Shown here piece after piece: positions 13,203-27,628 of a stretch of DNA of 64,000 nt. This stretch comes from Podarcis bocagei (Eukaryota): the NCBI GenBank assembly GCA_964188305.1, contig OZ076893.1, one strand, 5' to 3'. Both the position numbers and the translations under genes were made by a program. Each line of letters begins with the position of its first letter. Within the stretch, counting starts at the first letter, position 1. The notes under the pieces are model-generated. The model was not told where the DNA came from and searched no databases. It saw only the letters and a program-made list of their open reading frames with translations.

Positions 13203-13946
13203 CAGAGGTTTTCAACCTTTACTGAGTCCACAGCTCCATTGACCAACTACATTCATTCTGTGGCAGCCCTGTGGGGCTCAGGAGCCCAGTTATGTGATCA
13301 CTTGCCTGTAGAGCTGGCAGCCTCTCATCTTTTTTCAAACACTCTCCCTTATGGAGTCTTCCTTCAGCCTCCTCTCCCTCTGGGCAGCCACTGCTGCTGC
13401 CTCTGGTCTCTGAGCCTCTGCCACCCCGAAAGAGTGGTGCCTCCTCACACCGCCCCACAGGGACCTGGGAAAAAGATGCCCCCAGACTTGGTGGCCCAAC
13501 GGAGACTGGCCAAAGTTGAACATGAGGACAGCACCTTAGCATGGGAGGCAACAGTGGACACTACTGGGCCAGCATAGCGGAAAGCTTCCCCTTCAGCACC
13601 GAGCACTCAACTCCCACAGACCTTGCACACAGCAAGCACAAGAAAGGTCAGTGCAGTGCCTGCCTGCCTGGCCTCCCACTCCTGGCCTGTCCACTCCAAA
13701 GAAAGGGCTGTCGGACTGGGTGAGTGGGCTTCCTCTCCTGCCTGCTTGCTTACTCCAAAGCTGCCCCAGCTCCTGGTAACCAGTACCCCCTGGCCAGCCC
13801 CAGAGACATGTTTTTCCAGGGAAGCCTGTAGCCAGGACTGCTGCAACAAAGAGCTGTGCAAGACAGAGGCCAGTCTTGCCTGCAGCATCCCCAACCATCT
13901 TTCAAGGTACGCCCGGGTGCCGCGACACACTGGTTGAAAACCACTG
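13203..13946. mobile_element. hAT-like non-autonomous element
   Basis: TIRs cag(a/t)ggttttcaacc; GC-rich interior; TSD degenerate. Confidence 0.6.
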
Positions 13947-15249
13947 TGCTAAGTCTTTGAACTGGTGTTATCAAATGTCACTACCAAGGAAACAGTAGCC
14001 ATTAGATGATAAATTGTCAGTTTTACAAAAATTTGGTACTTGAAGATTTTAATCCCAGAGACACATTCAGCTATGAATGAATAACTAAAACATTAAGAAA
14101 TTAATAAAACATTAGTTTTATATTAAGGTTACCATTACTATTTAAGAGTGCTACAATTATATTTTCCTTACAAAATATTCTTTAAAAAATGCATCCACGC
14201 CTGCATATACAATACAATACACACGTAGCCAACTGAAAATCATATAGAAAGATGGGGAAAGTAGGTGATCCTTTTGTCTGTGAGAACATTGCGATCCTGG
14301 GGATATCCCATCATTGATCATTCCTTGCGCTCTCTAGCCCAGGTGCATGTGTGTCACTAACATTTTCATGCCACGTTTCACATTTCCAAAAGCACCATGG
14401 ATATCAGTCACAAAACAGCTGCCATATCTAAAAGAGCAGAAAAAGACACATAGCCACAAAAAGCATGGGTGTGCCCCCATTTTTTAAAAAGGCACCTACA
14501 GTAGCCATTACTGTTATTTGCCATAGAAATAAGAGCTTTCTATCTCCTCTGTTCAGCATTAGCCTTCCGTTAAGTGTGGGTATGTTCAATGTATGAGAGG
14601 CCAAGTCGGTTCAAAGAGGAAGTGAGTAAGAAGAGCAAACAGTCTCTCATGCATTGTGGATTTTTAAGGGCTGGACCTTCTGTGGGCACCATAAGAGGTA
14701 CAGTGGGCACACTGGGTCCTGCAGGCACCACATTGGTGACCACTGTGCTAGGCTATTTGAATGGAACAGACAGTCTTATCCAATGGTAATTGGTACCATC
14801 ATTACATGTCCCCTAGGAATCTGCTTAGCAGGTTTTCTTAGCTTGGTCTTCTTTGCAGCTGGTAGGACTCCAGCTCCGCAATCCTGCTGTTAAGTTCCTT
14901 CAATATCAACCACAGGTGCTAATTTGAATCCCTGGGGCCACCAAACAGAAAGTTATACATGACAGCTGAAGCTCTTGTTCAACACCTCAGAGTACATTCC
15001 ATCATTGTAGAATCAGTTCAGCACATCCATCACTTTATTTGTATTTGATGAAAAGAAGATACAGAGCTGAGCCTCATCAGTTCCAACCTTTTCAGGTGAA
15101 CTCATTCTGTGTTTTCCTTCCATCTATAGCTACAAGTAGGCTGCAGCTATGGCCCTGTGCTCTACTGACTATATAGTGACTGAACTGAAATGTAACAGCA
15201 AATCATGGTAATGAGGAAGACCTTAGGTTATGAAACAAGAAACTGAAGT

Positions 15250-15250
<1 letters not shown>

Positions 15251-15283
<33 letters not shown>
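15251..15283. repeat. (AAGC)n microsatellite
   Basis: Direct inspection. Confidence 0.9.
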
Positions 15284-15284
<1 letters not shown>

Positions 15285-15520
15285 ATGCTTTCAAACACCT
15301 TGTTGTCATGCTAGAGGGAAGGCACATGAGCCCAAGGACTGCATAGGCTCATTCTGGTCATTATAAACCATGGCTTACCATGATGTCTGAATGCAGCTGT
15401 TGTATAATGGTTTTTTCAGAGCAACATGACTCAGTGCATCATTTTCCCTTGTATGTGCCTAATAATTTTGGAGTGGATGTAAACAAGCAGAAGACTAATT
15501 AGAAAGTACTCTTGTTGTAG

Positions 15521-15707
15521 GCTCTGGTTCAGAATAACGGAAACAATCAGCAAGCACTCAGTACACCATTCCAAGATAATATCTATCCAAATGGTTTTGG
15601 AAGTACCACAGACTGGAAGAGTTCTAAATTTTTAAGCATCTGGGAATCGGAAGTCATGAATGAGAAAAACTGGAATGCCTCCACCTCTTTACAAGAGGAA
15701 CTTCCTG
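15521..15707 (+). CDS. FAM193A: FAM193A-like exon (ALVQNNGN...WKSSKFLSIWESEVMNEKNWN...)
   Basis: ttgtag/gtgaga junctions, phase 0 to 1; matches WNSSKFISLWGSEVMNDKNWN. Confidence 0.9.
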
Positions 15708-16994
15708 GTGAGAGTATAATTCTGCTTTACTCTGAAAAGCGGCAGTTTGATTCTGGATGTTCTAGAAAGGCCCTTGACTGAATTAGATTTACTGTCTGAT
15801 TCCAATTGGGACAATAGGGAAAGGGGGATCAAATACAGGTACCCATTTGATTTGTGATATTTACAAATGCACTAGTATTGTCAGAAATCTTTGGGCTTCA
15901 GCAATCACTCTTTGGGCGTGATTGCTGACGTGTGGGTCCTTGTTGACCCAGAAGTAATGGGGGGGCAGGACAGGGTGCACTCCATTACCGCTTGCAGGGG
16001 CCGGAAACAGAACCCCCATGTGAAATTGTCGCTGCTTGTATAGTAAAACTAGTGGACCTGCAAAATGTTGTATTGTAGCTCCTGTATTCCACCCCTCTTC
16101 TGTTCCCGTTCCCCAGTCAGCCATCATTCTGTGGCCACTGAGCATGCTCAGTTCTCATTGGGCTGCTGGGGTTTCTTTGTCCTGAAATATTTTTGTAGTT
16201 CTGCACACGTTAAGGTTTCCCTAAGCCTCTTGATTCCTCTCTTTTGTGCATGGGTTCTGCTGTTTTAACTGCATAAGCAACAGAACTTACAGCCTGAATG
16301 TCTTTGTTTTTTTGAGATGGGGAAGAACTCAGGCTCCGCATCAAAATGCAATATATTCCTAATGCGTTTGTTTTACCTGCACTTCTGGCTGAAGGTGTTG
16401 AATAAAGCAAACCAGCATCAAAGACAGGGGTTCCGGCTATAGTTTGCTTCTTACCTCATGCACATTTTTAAAAAAAGTTCTTTAACATATAAATATGTTG
16501 CATCATGGTTCTTTAATAAGAATAGCACAGCCCTCCAATAAATGCTCTGCAATCATATTTTTAAAAGTTTTAGTGCTTTATAGATTGTAGTTTAATGGTT
16601 TATGGTATAATGAATTTTATTACTGCCTTGGGATGGTTTACACGGTGCTTGTAAATACCAAAAGAGGTTTTGGATAGTGGTTCTGTGTATAAAACTATTA
16701 ACCTGAAATTGCTTTTGAGATTACAATGAATTATTACATTCCGTTTTAAACGGAATAATACCAATTCTAAACATATTTCTGATTATACATATCTGTGTTA
16801 CAGCTGATAGCATAAGAAGTCTTTAGCTTTCATTCATTCCAGACATACTCTGTGAACTACCCTGAGACCGCTGGGTTTAGAGCGGTATTTAAAGTGTGTG
16901 TGTGTGTGTGGCCCTATACCCATCTAGGTGACATTAATGCAATGTTAATAATGCTAAACAACTGAACTAGTTTGTCTCTTTCTTCAATTTAAAG

Positions 16995-17270
16995 GAAGTG
17001 CTGCAGCAGCAGCAGCTCTTTCAGAACTGATACCTAATGTACTTCCCATAACATCTAGAAATGAAGGAATGGTAATAACTGAGAGCAAAAAGAGGGAAAA
17101 TATTTTAAAGAAAAAATGTCTGTATCATTGTCAAGATGCGTCTTTTATGGACACTAAAAAAGTAGTGATGGCAACATCTTCAGCAACCTCTTCAGTTTCA
17201 TGCACTGCTACCACAGTACAGTCAAGCAACAACCAGTTTAAAGTTTCATCTAAAAGATCATCATCACTAG
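16995..17270 (+). CDS. FAM193A: FAM193A-like exon (...KKKCLY...KVVMATSSATSSVSCTATTVQSSN...)
   Basis: tttaaag/gtaaat junctions, 276 nt, phase 1; the KVVMATSSATSSVSCTATTVQSSN block is identical to human. Confidence 0.92.
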
Positions 17271-19554
17271 GTAAATATTAAATACACTTGTTATCCTGCT
17301 TATTAGCCAACAGAGTTCCCAAAGCAGCTTACATAAACATTTTTAAGCAGTTACAAGTCATAGAATCATAGAGTTGTCTAGTCCAACCACCTGCAATACA
17401 GGAATCTCAGCTAAAGCATCCAAGACATTTGGCCATCCAATCTCTGCTTTAAAACCTCAAAGGAAAGACAGTCCACCACCTCCCAAGGGAGACAATTCCC
17501 CTATGACGAGGAGAGTGCTGTTGTGCTAAGGTTCTGCTTACAGAATTCCCATAAGCATCTGCTTGGCCACTCTGTGAAGAAAATGCTGGACTTTGGGCCT
17601 TAGAACTGACCCGACTGGTTCTTATTTTCTAACATTTAAATCTCACACAAGAGCTAGCAGAGGAAAAAAGGAAGAGGGCAAACATAGGTAACAAGAAACC
17701 TAGAATTGACAGCCAAAGGGGGGAAAATGGACAAGAGCAAACCAAAATAAAAGCAGAGCTAAAACAAAAGAAACAATTTCAGTTGAACCCAGAAGTTGTT
17801 GGAAAGATCTGGTGCTTGACTTTGCATCTAGATCTGACCTTAGTGGGCCTCTCTTGGGAGGGTATGCTAAAGGTTGGCCCCACAACTGAAAAGTCCCTGT
17901 TTCTAGTAAATGTCTGCCAATATGAGTCTTCTTTTACAACAACAAATGGAAACATAAGACCCAATCACATCTGAAAAGAATACTTGTACTGTGCTCTCAA
18001 ATATCAGTGCATGAAATAGTTAATAACCAAACATACAGATAAACTTTTACAATGTTCTAAACAGAGTACTATTGAAAGTGCTTTTCACCTACACCCAGGG
18101 TTGTTGTTTTTTTAAAGTTTTATGTGTAATTAATTTCTGGTTCTTTGGTATATTTTCTGGGTGAATTCCATATTAAGTTGATGATAAGGGAAATGCCTCC
18201 TGCTACAACTCCATAACAAACTTTCTACAAAACACATTACTACTCGCATACCATTACATCAACCTATAGTCTTAACTTTTTATAAATAAAAAAGGAACCA
18301 TTTAAGTGACAAACAAATATGTAAGATGACAAGGCCATCTACACGGCTCGCCAGCTTATCTTCCACCAGCCCAAAGACTGGATGGCTACCACTTCAGGCT
18401 ATGCTTGCGTTCATATCATCTGCAACGATCACATCCTTAAAATAATAATCACTTTTAAGATATAGCCTGTAACTAAAAACAGATGCTATAAAAGTGCCAG
18501 CAGATCAAAAGTTTCATCCAGCTCATTAGGGGTTACAGTTTGTAAAGTAAAAATCCAATAGGCTTCTTGCTAGCAGAGTAAAATGTGAGGACTTTGCACT
18601 TTTTAAGCAGAAGTAATTTGTTCAGTCACTAGAAACATTGCATTTTCAGGAAAATTATTTTCCAGAAAATGTGTTAGAAGAGTCTCAATAGTTTAGTTCT
18701 GATCTTTGTTCTCTAACCTGTAATCTGAGGATTTATTTATCTGTCCTATGTTTACAAAAGAGGAATGACACTAAATTGCATAAATTACATTGACTTGCAG
18801 TAAAATCTCAATGTAAAACTTTACCGATTTGTAAACGGTTGAAATGTGGGAATGGAGACAAAAGGAATTTTCTCTGGTGTTCATTCATAGAGCCAAGCAT
18901 ACATATAAGTCACAGTATTTGATAGACAGCCTGTCAGATAATTCTGCTTACATGTTCCATTACCATGTGAAATGAAGTATGCCTAAGACCAAACTTTCTT
19001 CCCAAGTTCCTTTCTACGTATATTTCTTATACAGGTTCCTGTTTGCTCCCAAACTCAGAATAAACTAACCCTTTCAGCATCCTCCATAGCCTTTCCCTCT
19101 GCTTCTCTACTCTCAACTGTATGTCAGTCTCCTGTCCCTGCCCAAATCACTCTGCCCCTTGCTGCATCATATGTCTTATGAGATAGCTTTGTAATGCCAC
19201 CCTCTCTCTCTCTTCAAACTTGGAATATAGAATTGTGCCCAGAACACTCATATAAGTGAAGTTCATTTCAGTTATCTCTGTGCTGAGAGATACCATCCAA
19301 CAGGCATGCAAACAAGTGAATTGATTGCGTGAGGCTTTGGCTTTAAGATGCCATTTGACAGTTATTTTAAATTACAAATATTTATTAAATTGCCTCTTTT
19401 AAAAACCAACTGATTGCGAAATATTTTATCCATGGTTGCAATTTTTTAAAAAACTAGATTATAAATTCTATTCAGATTTCAGAAATGACTGCCAATGAAA
19501 TGAAGACATTGTTAACGTTGAGAATATGAGGTAACTTTTCTTTCTTGTATTTAG

Positions 19555-19831
19555 GTGATGTATTCCACAATATCAGTTCAGAGGATCACAGATGTTCTGC
19601 ATTGGCTGCACCTCAAAATCCCACAAATTTTGTGCCACTTCCTTTCCTTTCTCCTGTTGTGCTTCCTCCAGCTTCTACTCCCCATCTGCCAAGTCCTAAT
19701 GCTTCATCTTTCTCCAGAGTTACCACAACTGCACCCAGCTTTGTGGATTCCCATTCAGGTCTTTATCCCATGACAGCTCCACCTCTTTCAACCACAGAGA
19801 GCTTAATTAGTGCTCCATCAAGTGTTTGCAG
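19555..19831 (+). CDS. FAM193A: FAM193A-like Pro/Ser-rich exon (DVFHNISSEDHR...ISAPSSVC)
   Basis: tatttag/gtgagt junctions, phase 1 to 2; matches GDVFHGISKEDHR...ISAPPSVC. Confidence 0.92.
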
Positions 19832-19924
19832 GTGAGTTTTTGTTTGTCTTTACATTTTTATTTAAAAATAGAAATTTAAAAACCACAACATGGCTGAAAG
19901 ATGTGATTAATACATGGACGCCGA

Positions 19925-20482
19925 GACCATATAACACTGGTCCTGAAAGACCTACATTGGCTCCCAGTACGTTTCCGAGCACAGTGAGGTTACAGGGAAC
20001 CAGGCAGAGGGCCTTCTTCGTGGTGCCCGCCCTGTGGAATGCCCTCCCATCAGATGTCAAGGAAATACAGTGGTACCTCGGGTTACATATGGTTCAGGTT
20101 ACAGACGCTTCAGGTTACAGACTCCGCTAACCCAGAAATAGTGCTTCAGGTTAAGAACTTTGCTTCAGGATGAGAACAGAAATCGTGCAGCGGCGGCGCA
20201 GCGGCAGCAGGAGGCCCCCATTAGCTAAAGTGGTGCTTCAGGTTAAGAACAGTTTCAGGTTAAGAACAGACCTCCGGAACGAATTAAGTACTTAACCCGA
20301 GGTACCACTGTAAACAACTGTCTGACTTTTAGAAGACATCTGAAAGCAGCCCTGTTTAGGGAGGTTTTTAAAGTTTGATGTTTTATTGTGCTTTTAATTC
20401 TGTTGGGAGCTGCCCAGAGTGGCTGAGGAAACCCAGCCAGATGGGCAGCGTATAAATAATAAATTATTGTTATTATTATTAT
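19925..20482 (+). mobile_element. L2 3' fragment with internal deletion, interrupted by MITE 20068-20310
   Basis: Homologous to 40050-40520; (TTA)n tail. Confidence 0.85.
20068..20310. mobile_element. Tc1/mariner-type MITE (same family as 3654-3895, opposite orientation)
   Basis: TIRs CAGTGGTACCTCGGGTTA; TA duplication inside L2 sequence. Confidence 0.9.
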
Positions 20483-23229
20483 TCTCGGTGTCTTTAGAAT
20501 TTATTTGCTTGTTAATTCATTGGTTTTGTAAAAAAATTTTTTAGTAGTTTTCCAATATTATTCCAATAATAGCCACATTATACCAATACCAATTCATATC
20601 CAATTAACACAGTTATTAATACAAATTATTCAAATCCCAAATTATACATTTTAATTAAAGTGCCCCCCACGTGCTAGATTTGATGGCTTCCTGATTTTAT
20701 TTTATGTGTTCCAAAATCTCGCTAATTTCAGTTACATTCCAGTTATAATGATAACCCCTTATAAAACAGCTGCAGTCTTAATGATTTCTATTCATATTGT
20801 TACATTAAATAATTTATAAAACTTCAGGTGAGGAACTTGTAAGTGTTGTCATTGTTCTTTCCTGCATGTGGCAATTACTTTGTCCAGTATGTTTCTTCTT
20901 GTCCATATATGATGCTATGTCTTTCTTTCCTCCAACTGTTGCTGTTGCCCATCATGATTTGGGTGGAGCTGTTGTTCCATTGTTTTCCAAAAGTCTCTGC
21001 ATTGCTATTCGTTGCTTTGCACAGAGAACACAAACAGCAGCTTCCTGGAGCCTCTCTGTCCCAGTAAATAAACTGTTCTCGCCATTTTTTTCTCAGCTTG
21101 GGAAGAGTGGTATGTGATTCCTTACAGCTGACAATTTATGGCTAATTATCCTTCAAAGTTACATTAAATTCAAGTCTTCTCCGTCTTTTTTTCCACTTTC
21201 CTTTGTAGCTAGTAGAGGGTGGGTGGGGTTGGCTTTATATTTCCAACATAGCCCTTCCTTTTGTTTCAGGTCACACACAGTTTCCATTTTTGTTGTTAAA
21301 TTCCATTTTAATAATCCAGTTTCTTCCAACCTCACTTGTACATTTATAATTTTTACTTGCATTCCGAGGAGGGTTGCCAAATCATAAATATATATAATAT
21401 TTTTTTTAATAAGCCAACCATGGGCTCCCCTCCTTCCACCATCTCTGGCACCGAATGAAATATTAGCTGCTCAGTTCATACCTTTAATCCATGCAGCTGG
21501 GTTGTCCTACAGTTTGTAAACTCATCTCTTCTGGCACACGCCTGTACTTTAATCTCCAATTAAAATTCAATTAGCAGGCTAACCTCTGCTTCCAGGAATG
21601 GAGTCAGGGGGTTTCGGTGTTGCAGAAAACTTGCAGCTGAGGTTCTTCCTTGGATGAGCAGCCAAAACATCCACCAGGAAAGAGGAGTTAGGACAAAACG
21701 GATAGGTACAACACCTAATTTATTTCAGCTGAAATAGCCAGTCCTCTCTGGTTCACACCACAAGGAGAGATTGACAATTGAGCAAACAGCAAAGCAAATT
21801 CTTATAGGGTCTGCAAAACAAGCTGCAATCATCAAGAGGATTGACCAAGAGGAAACATTGGCTGCTTGCAAAGGGTACCTTCTTCAAAATTGGCAAAAAC
21901 AAGTCTTGTGGTTTCCTGCTAGTGAAGCTTGCTAAAGAAACAGTTTCAGCTGTCATCTATTTTTAAATAAAAACTTGCTTAATCTTGTGAAACTAACAGG
22001 GTCACTCAGAAGAGTAAAATGGATTTTAGAAATACATTATGACTGTTCTTATGTCAAGCAAGCTTTGTTATATAAAAGCTGAAGGCAAGGTTAATTCTCC
22101 GTTAGCATTTATGTCTTACTTCTCTAACATCGACAGATGGAGTGCTCCTGCACCCAGTGCCTTTGCCTGCCTTTGCATTGCCTGGGGAAGTGAGTGCCAG
22201 ACCACAGGGCAAACTGCAGGTGAAAAAAGCCCGTTCCTCCCAAACCCTGAGAGGAATGCAGAGAACAGTTTAACCCCCACCATTCTCTTTCATCTTCATC
22301 TGTGACTCCCATGATGTTGAGGAAGGATCTATTCCTGGCGCAGAATGGAAACGGAAGCCATTAATTCATTGTTATTATTGTTAATTATAATTTAATAACA
22401 ACATCATCCTATGATTCTCAAATCAGTTAAAGCCACAGTGTTAGTACAAGTAACCATATAACATTTGTTCTTTGCCTTAATTAAAAAGCAAGATAAATGT
22501 GTCAGAGCTGCTGCTATGGTATGGAATTGCTGATCTATATATTGATTCATTCCTTATGTTCTTTATATTTTTATCCCACAATTTTTCTTAGAAAAGCATC
22601 ACGGTAGCTAAAAATACAGAACCCTAATCAAATAAACCCATTCCAACATTGCTAAAACTCATGTAAAATTAATAAGACCAGCCGAAATATGTAGTAGTGT
22701 TGCACCCAAAAAGTGGTTGAAATCCGTATTATTATTATTTTTCTGTCCATTTGCATTCCCTTTTTCTTTATCTTGAGGTATATCCCTAATATCTGGGTAC
22801 GAATGTCTGAGTCCCTAATGGACTCTGCATTCTTCACGCCGTATCTGCTGTTGGGTACAAAAGACTTGCCTTCCAGCTGTTAGCAAGCTTACTCAGGAAA
22901 TGTGTGTAAACACATCTGCAGGCTATTTCGGGGAATAAGCTCTTGTGAACATGAATGCTTAGAGGAATTTGCTCAAATAGGGGAATACTGTTCTCAATGC
23001 ATCCCTGGTCATATTCCAAACTGATGTCAGTCTGGTGGAGTATGGTCCTGCTAACATACAAAAAGAATTCCAAGGATCCAGTGGCATGGGTAACATTTAG
23101 AATATTTAGTCTGGGGAAGTGATGTGCCCTTGTAAGGTACTCAGGGAGAAATAGAAATGAGTCCACAAATAAACTTCTTTAGAAAAATTGAAACTACTTA
23201 AACAGCAATTATGAGGCTTTCACAGAAAG

Positions 23230-24060
23230 TGGGGTGGGAGGGAGGTCAGTTGGTGCCACTGCTGTGCAGTTCAGCTTTGACTTGGACAAAATGGGAATAG
23301 TTGCAGTACCGTTCCTGACACTGGACAATTCGGATAGATAAGGGTTCTGCTGGGTTACTGCCCACCTCACTGAGCTGACAGACCTGGTCTCAGAGGTGGT
23401 GTGGATGACTCCCAGACGGCTGGTTCTGAGAGACCTCAACATCCATGCTGAGGCGACTAGCTGTGGGGTGGCTCAGGACTTCATGGCTGCCATGACGACA
23501 GTGGGACTGGCCCAACATGTCACTGGCCCAACACGTGGCAGGCCGCACTCTGGAACTTGTATTCTCATTGTGCCATCTGGCGGAGCTTTTCTGGGTAGTG
23601 CAGGGCCACTTACAGTCTGACCCAAAGGAGGTGGCAGAACTGAGGGCAGCTTGCTGTAACTTGTTTACAAAGTATTTGGAGGAGAAAACCCCTTGTATCC
23701 ACTATGACCTTGACTATGCTGTTATAACGAATCTCAAAGGGTGTCCAGGGCACTCTCTGGTCTTGTTGTGCCGGATGAGTTTCAGTTAGTAAGGCTGAAG
23801 GATGTGGACAAGTGGTTCATGCTCTGGACCATTGCCCCTCCTGCCTGATGAAAACTAGCAGGGAGGGGACAGCTGGGTAGGCCAGGGAGGTGAGTAATGC
23901 CTCCCTGCAAGAGGAGGTAGTCCCTGCCTGCAGTGGTGAAACCATTCCTCAAGAAACCCTCCCTGGATTCGGAAAACTAAGTGACTACTGACCGGTTGGT
24001 CTTCGTTTTGTATTTTTCTGTTGTGATCCGCCCTGTGATCTTTGAATGAAGGGCACTGTA
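23230..24060 (+). mobile_element. Degraded L2/CR1-group LINE (endonuclease-region remnants)
   Basis: Translation LVLRDLNIHAE...AQDFMAAMTTVGLAQHVTGPT, and KPSLD-like segment downstream. Confidence 0.65.
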
Positions 24061-24499
24061 CAAATAGGGTTTGAGGAGAAGGAGATTATTTGCTTATCCT
24101 TTCACTTGCACGTTGATGGCATGTGAGAGAAAGGGCCATGATTTCAGGATGCAAGACACACAGTTCAGGGAAGGGATTTGGGACTGGTGGAAAGCAGCCG
24201 TACAGCTTGGGAACAAAGAGAGAGCAGTGTGTCTCTCTGGGGTCAAGCATTTATAGGCATGTTGTAGCAAAAGGTATTGTGAAATCAGGGGTGCCGACTT
24301 GGGTCCCAGATTATGGGTGCCCAGTGGCACCCGCAGCATAATGTGGCATCATGACGTCATGTTATGACGCCAACGCCACAGCTGTGCTTCCAGGGCCTTG
24401 AAGGTCACACCGGAGGCCTTGTGAGATCTCTGACACAACCTCCGGTTTATACTGGAAGTCGTGTTCAGAGACCTGGCAGGGCCTCACGACTTCCGGTTT

Positions 24500-24915
24500 C
24501 TTTTCTTTTTTAATTATTTTTATTTATAATTTTCATTATTACTTTGGCAAAATCACATTCAAATATACATTTCCACTGTTAATATCTTTCTTTTAATAAA
24601 AACATTAAATGACTTCTCTTCTTCCCCTTCCCTGGTTCCTTTTATTTTTCCCACCATTCCTGCATATTCTTATATATCCATCTAGTTCACTTCCTCCCCT
24701 TATTCTTCCTTTATTATATATTATACTGTTGAATTTACCTTAATCCTGCTAGCATTTTCACTTGTTTACAGTTATTTTCCAAATTCTCCACACAAAAATT
24801 CAACAACTCTTTGTATGCTAGATCTTGCTCTCTTATTTTACTTGTTAGACCTGCTAACTCTGAATATTCTATCATTTCTAATTGCCAATTCTCCTTATCG
24901 GGGACTTTATTAGTC
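24500..24915 (-). mobile_element. L1 ORF2 3' end with T-rich (poly-A) tail, nested in a GC-rich DNA-element remnant (~24286-25090)
   Basis: VPDKENWQLEMIEYSELAGLT resembles the squamate L1 ORF2 C-terminus. Confidence 0.55.
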
Positions 24916-25212
24916 GCTTCCAAGGCTTCATGGGGTTTTATACGTCACTTCAGAGATTGTTACAGGCCTCCAACGCGACTTCTGGTAGAAACCGGAAGTT
25001 GCATCGGAGCCGTGCGGTGGGGGTGCTCAGCACCCTCATAAAAATTGTGGGTGCCCTGGCACCCAGAGCCCCCTAGAGTTGGCACCAGTGTATAGAATAG
25101 GACCCACTTCATCATATGCATGGAGTGTTATACTTGGTTGATTGTTTTCCTGTTGCTTTCTAGACTGATTTAAGAAACTTGGTTAAAATATCAGTTTTCT
25201 GCTTTATTGTAG

Positions 25213-25399
25213 TGATCCTGACTGTGAAGGCCATCATTGTGAGAACAGCCGTGTATATAACCATCAACAGTATGATGGTGAGGAGAGCCAAGATGAAGAT
25301 AGCTGCTCAGAGCATAGCTCTAGTACCTCAACATCCACAAACCAAAAAGAAGGAAAATACTGTGACTGTTGCTACTGTGAATTCTTTGGTCATGGAGGA
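25213..25399 (+). CDS. FAM193A: FAM193A-like exon (DPDCEGHHCE...QKEGKYCDCCYCEFFGHGG)
   Basis: ttgtag/gtaagt junctions, phase 2 to 0; FAM193 signature KEGKYCDCCYCEFFGH. Confidence 0.95.
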
Positions 25400-25517
25400 G
25401 TAAGTAATCCACCACAGACTTTATTTTTAGGTGCCTGCCACTTGCATTTCACTCTACTGTTGCTTTGGCTTTGCAAAACATACTGAATTAACTGCTGTTG
25501 CCAGACTTAATTAACTA

Positions 25518-25666
25518 CCATATTTTTCCATGTATAAGATGACCCCTATTTTTTGAGCCCAAAATTCAGAAATAAATAATTGCAACATTCCGTGTATAAG
25601 TTGACCCCCAATTTTAAACTTTAAAAATTTGGGGGAAAATATAGTCTTATACACAGAAAAATACAG
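25518..25666. mobile_element. Old CCGTA-type (Tc2/pogo-like) MITE
   Basis: Decayed TIRs ccatatttttccatgtataaga / tcttatacacagaaaaatacag, TA flanks. Confidence 0.65.
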
Positions 25667-26055
25667 TAATTCCCACTTCATGTTAGGCATTGTGGAGAGT
25701 CAACAGCAGGGGGAGAGACTCACTGCTTCTGAACAGAAGGTCTAAGGCTGAATTCCTGGTTTCTCCAGAGAGGACTAGGACAAGCTCCTATCTCAAGAGC
25801 CACTGCCAGTCAGTGTAGACAGTGCTGAGCTAGATGGGCTAGTGGTCTGACTGGGTATAAGACGTCTTCCTGTGTTCCAAAGTCAGATGGATAAATGGAT
25901 GGGTTTTATCTGCATCAAAAGACTTGACGTGGCATGTTGGTCCTTTCCTATTCCTTAGCTTGTTCTCCCCCTCTAAAACAAGGTGCGTCCTATGGTCGGG
26001 TGCGTCCTATAGAGCGAAAAATGTGGTAACTTTAAATTTAAAATTTTGAAAGTTA

Positions 26056-26220
26056 CAGTAGTACCTTAGTTCTCGAACATTTTGGCTCCCAAACACTGCA
26101 ACCCCAGAAGTGGCTGTTCTGGTCCTACAGCAAATCAGAAGCTGTGCTTTCATTTCTGATCGTTTTGGAAGTCGAACGGACTTCTGGAATGGATTCCGTT
26201 CAACTTCCAAGGTTCAACTG
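26056..26220. mobile_element. Tc1/mariner-type MITE
   Basis: cagtagtacctt...aaggttcaactg with TA flanks; related copy at 38029-38231. Confidence 0.7.
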
Positions 26221-26870
26221 TAGTTGTAAATACATGTTTGAATTATATGTTTTGTTCTAAAAACTAAAAGTATTTCTCTGTGTTGCCTTCCAACTCTTAA
26301 CCTCAAAATTTCACTCAGTTTGAGCAATTAGCTGTTTCCCATACTCTTGTGATCCAAATTTTGTAGGCATTCATGGATTTCTGCCATTTTTAGCTCTAAC
26401 AAATTTTGCAGTTGTTAGCAAATGCATTATTAGGGCAGCATAAATTTCTGTTACATACGTTTTGACGTTCCAACAATTGAATCTTAGCATATGTAAATTT
26501 ACATGGAGCTTAATGTCTGGCCTGAAGTATTTTCTTACAACACTTGTGATCATTATGCTAGAGTCCTCTTCAGGAATGAATGATCACCTTCAGAGGCAAC
26601 ATGGGTAGAGGAAGCCTGCAGGGTTGGATGTCTCTACAGCCTCTACCTGTGCTGATTAGAGCTCCTAACCTGGGCAGTCAAGCCACGCTGGGCCGCCCTT
26701 AAGGGCTTGGAAGGAGTTGTGCAGCTCTGCCCATGCTGCCTCTTAAGCCTGATTATTTGTGTTTTGCAAAGCTCTTCTATATGGACATCTTTTTAACTGC
26801 CTTTGTTTCTGAATGCTAAAATTCAAGTGATTTTTCAGTATTTACTATGAGTTTATAAATTTTCTGTTAG

Positions 26871-27125
<255 letters not shown>

Positions 27126-27184
27126 TAGCCATTTATTGAAAGGCATGAAAATGAGCTACTCAAGGTGTTTCAGTGGTGATAATA

Positions 27185-27435
27185 CAGTGGTGCCTCACAA
27201 GACGAAATTAATCCGTTCTGTGAGTCTCTTCGTCTTGCGGTTTTTTCGTCTTGCGAAGCACGGCTATTAGCGGCTTAGCGGCTTTAAGAAAAAGGAAACA
27301 AACTCGCAAGACGTTTCGTCTTGCGAAGCAAGCCCATAGGGAAATTCGTCTTGCGAAGCGATTCAAAAAACACAAAACCCTTTCGTCTAGCGAGTTTTTC
27401 GTCTTGCGAGACATTCGTCTTGCGGGGCACCACTG
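27185..27435. mobile_element. Tc1/mariner-type MITE (short version of 10909-11645)
   Basis: TIRs CAGTGGTGCC, TA flanks, repeated ttcgtcttgcga motifs. Confidence 0.88.
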
Positions 27436-27628
27436 TACTATTTTTAAGATGTTTCACAAAATTATTTTCAGAGATGACTTTTGGGTGTTAAGTTTTTAAC
27501 TCTTGTTGCATTGTTACTTTTTGTTTTTATTAGTAGATTGTTTAAACTGTTGTTGTTGTTGCTGTTAAAAGCCACTTTGGACTCTTTTTGGAGAGCAAAC
27601 TGTGTTCAAATGCTTTAATATCTAAGTA

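Noticed and set aside
21618-21998. TG...CA segment resembling a solo LTR (similar candidate near 59320-59693)
   Set aside because: No matching target-site duplication found; cannot be supported without a library search.
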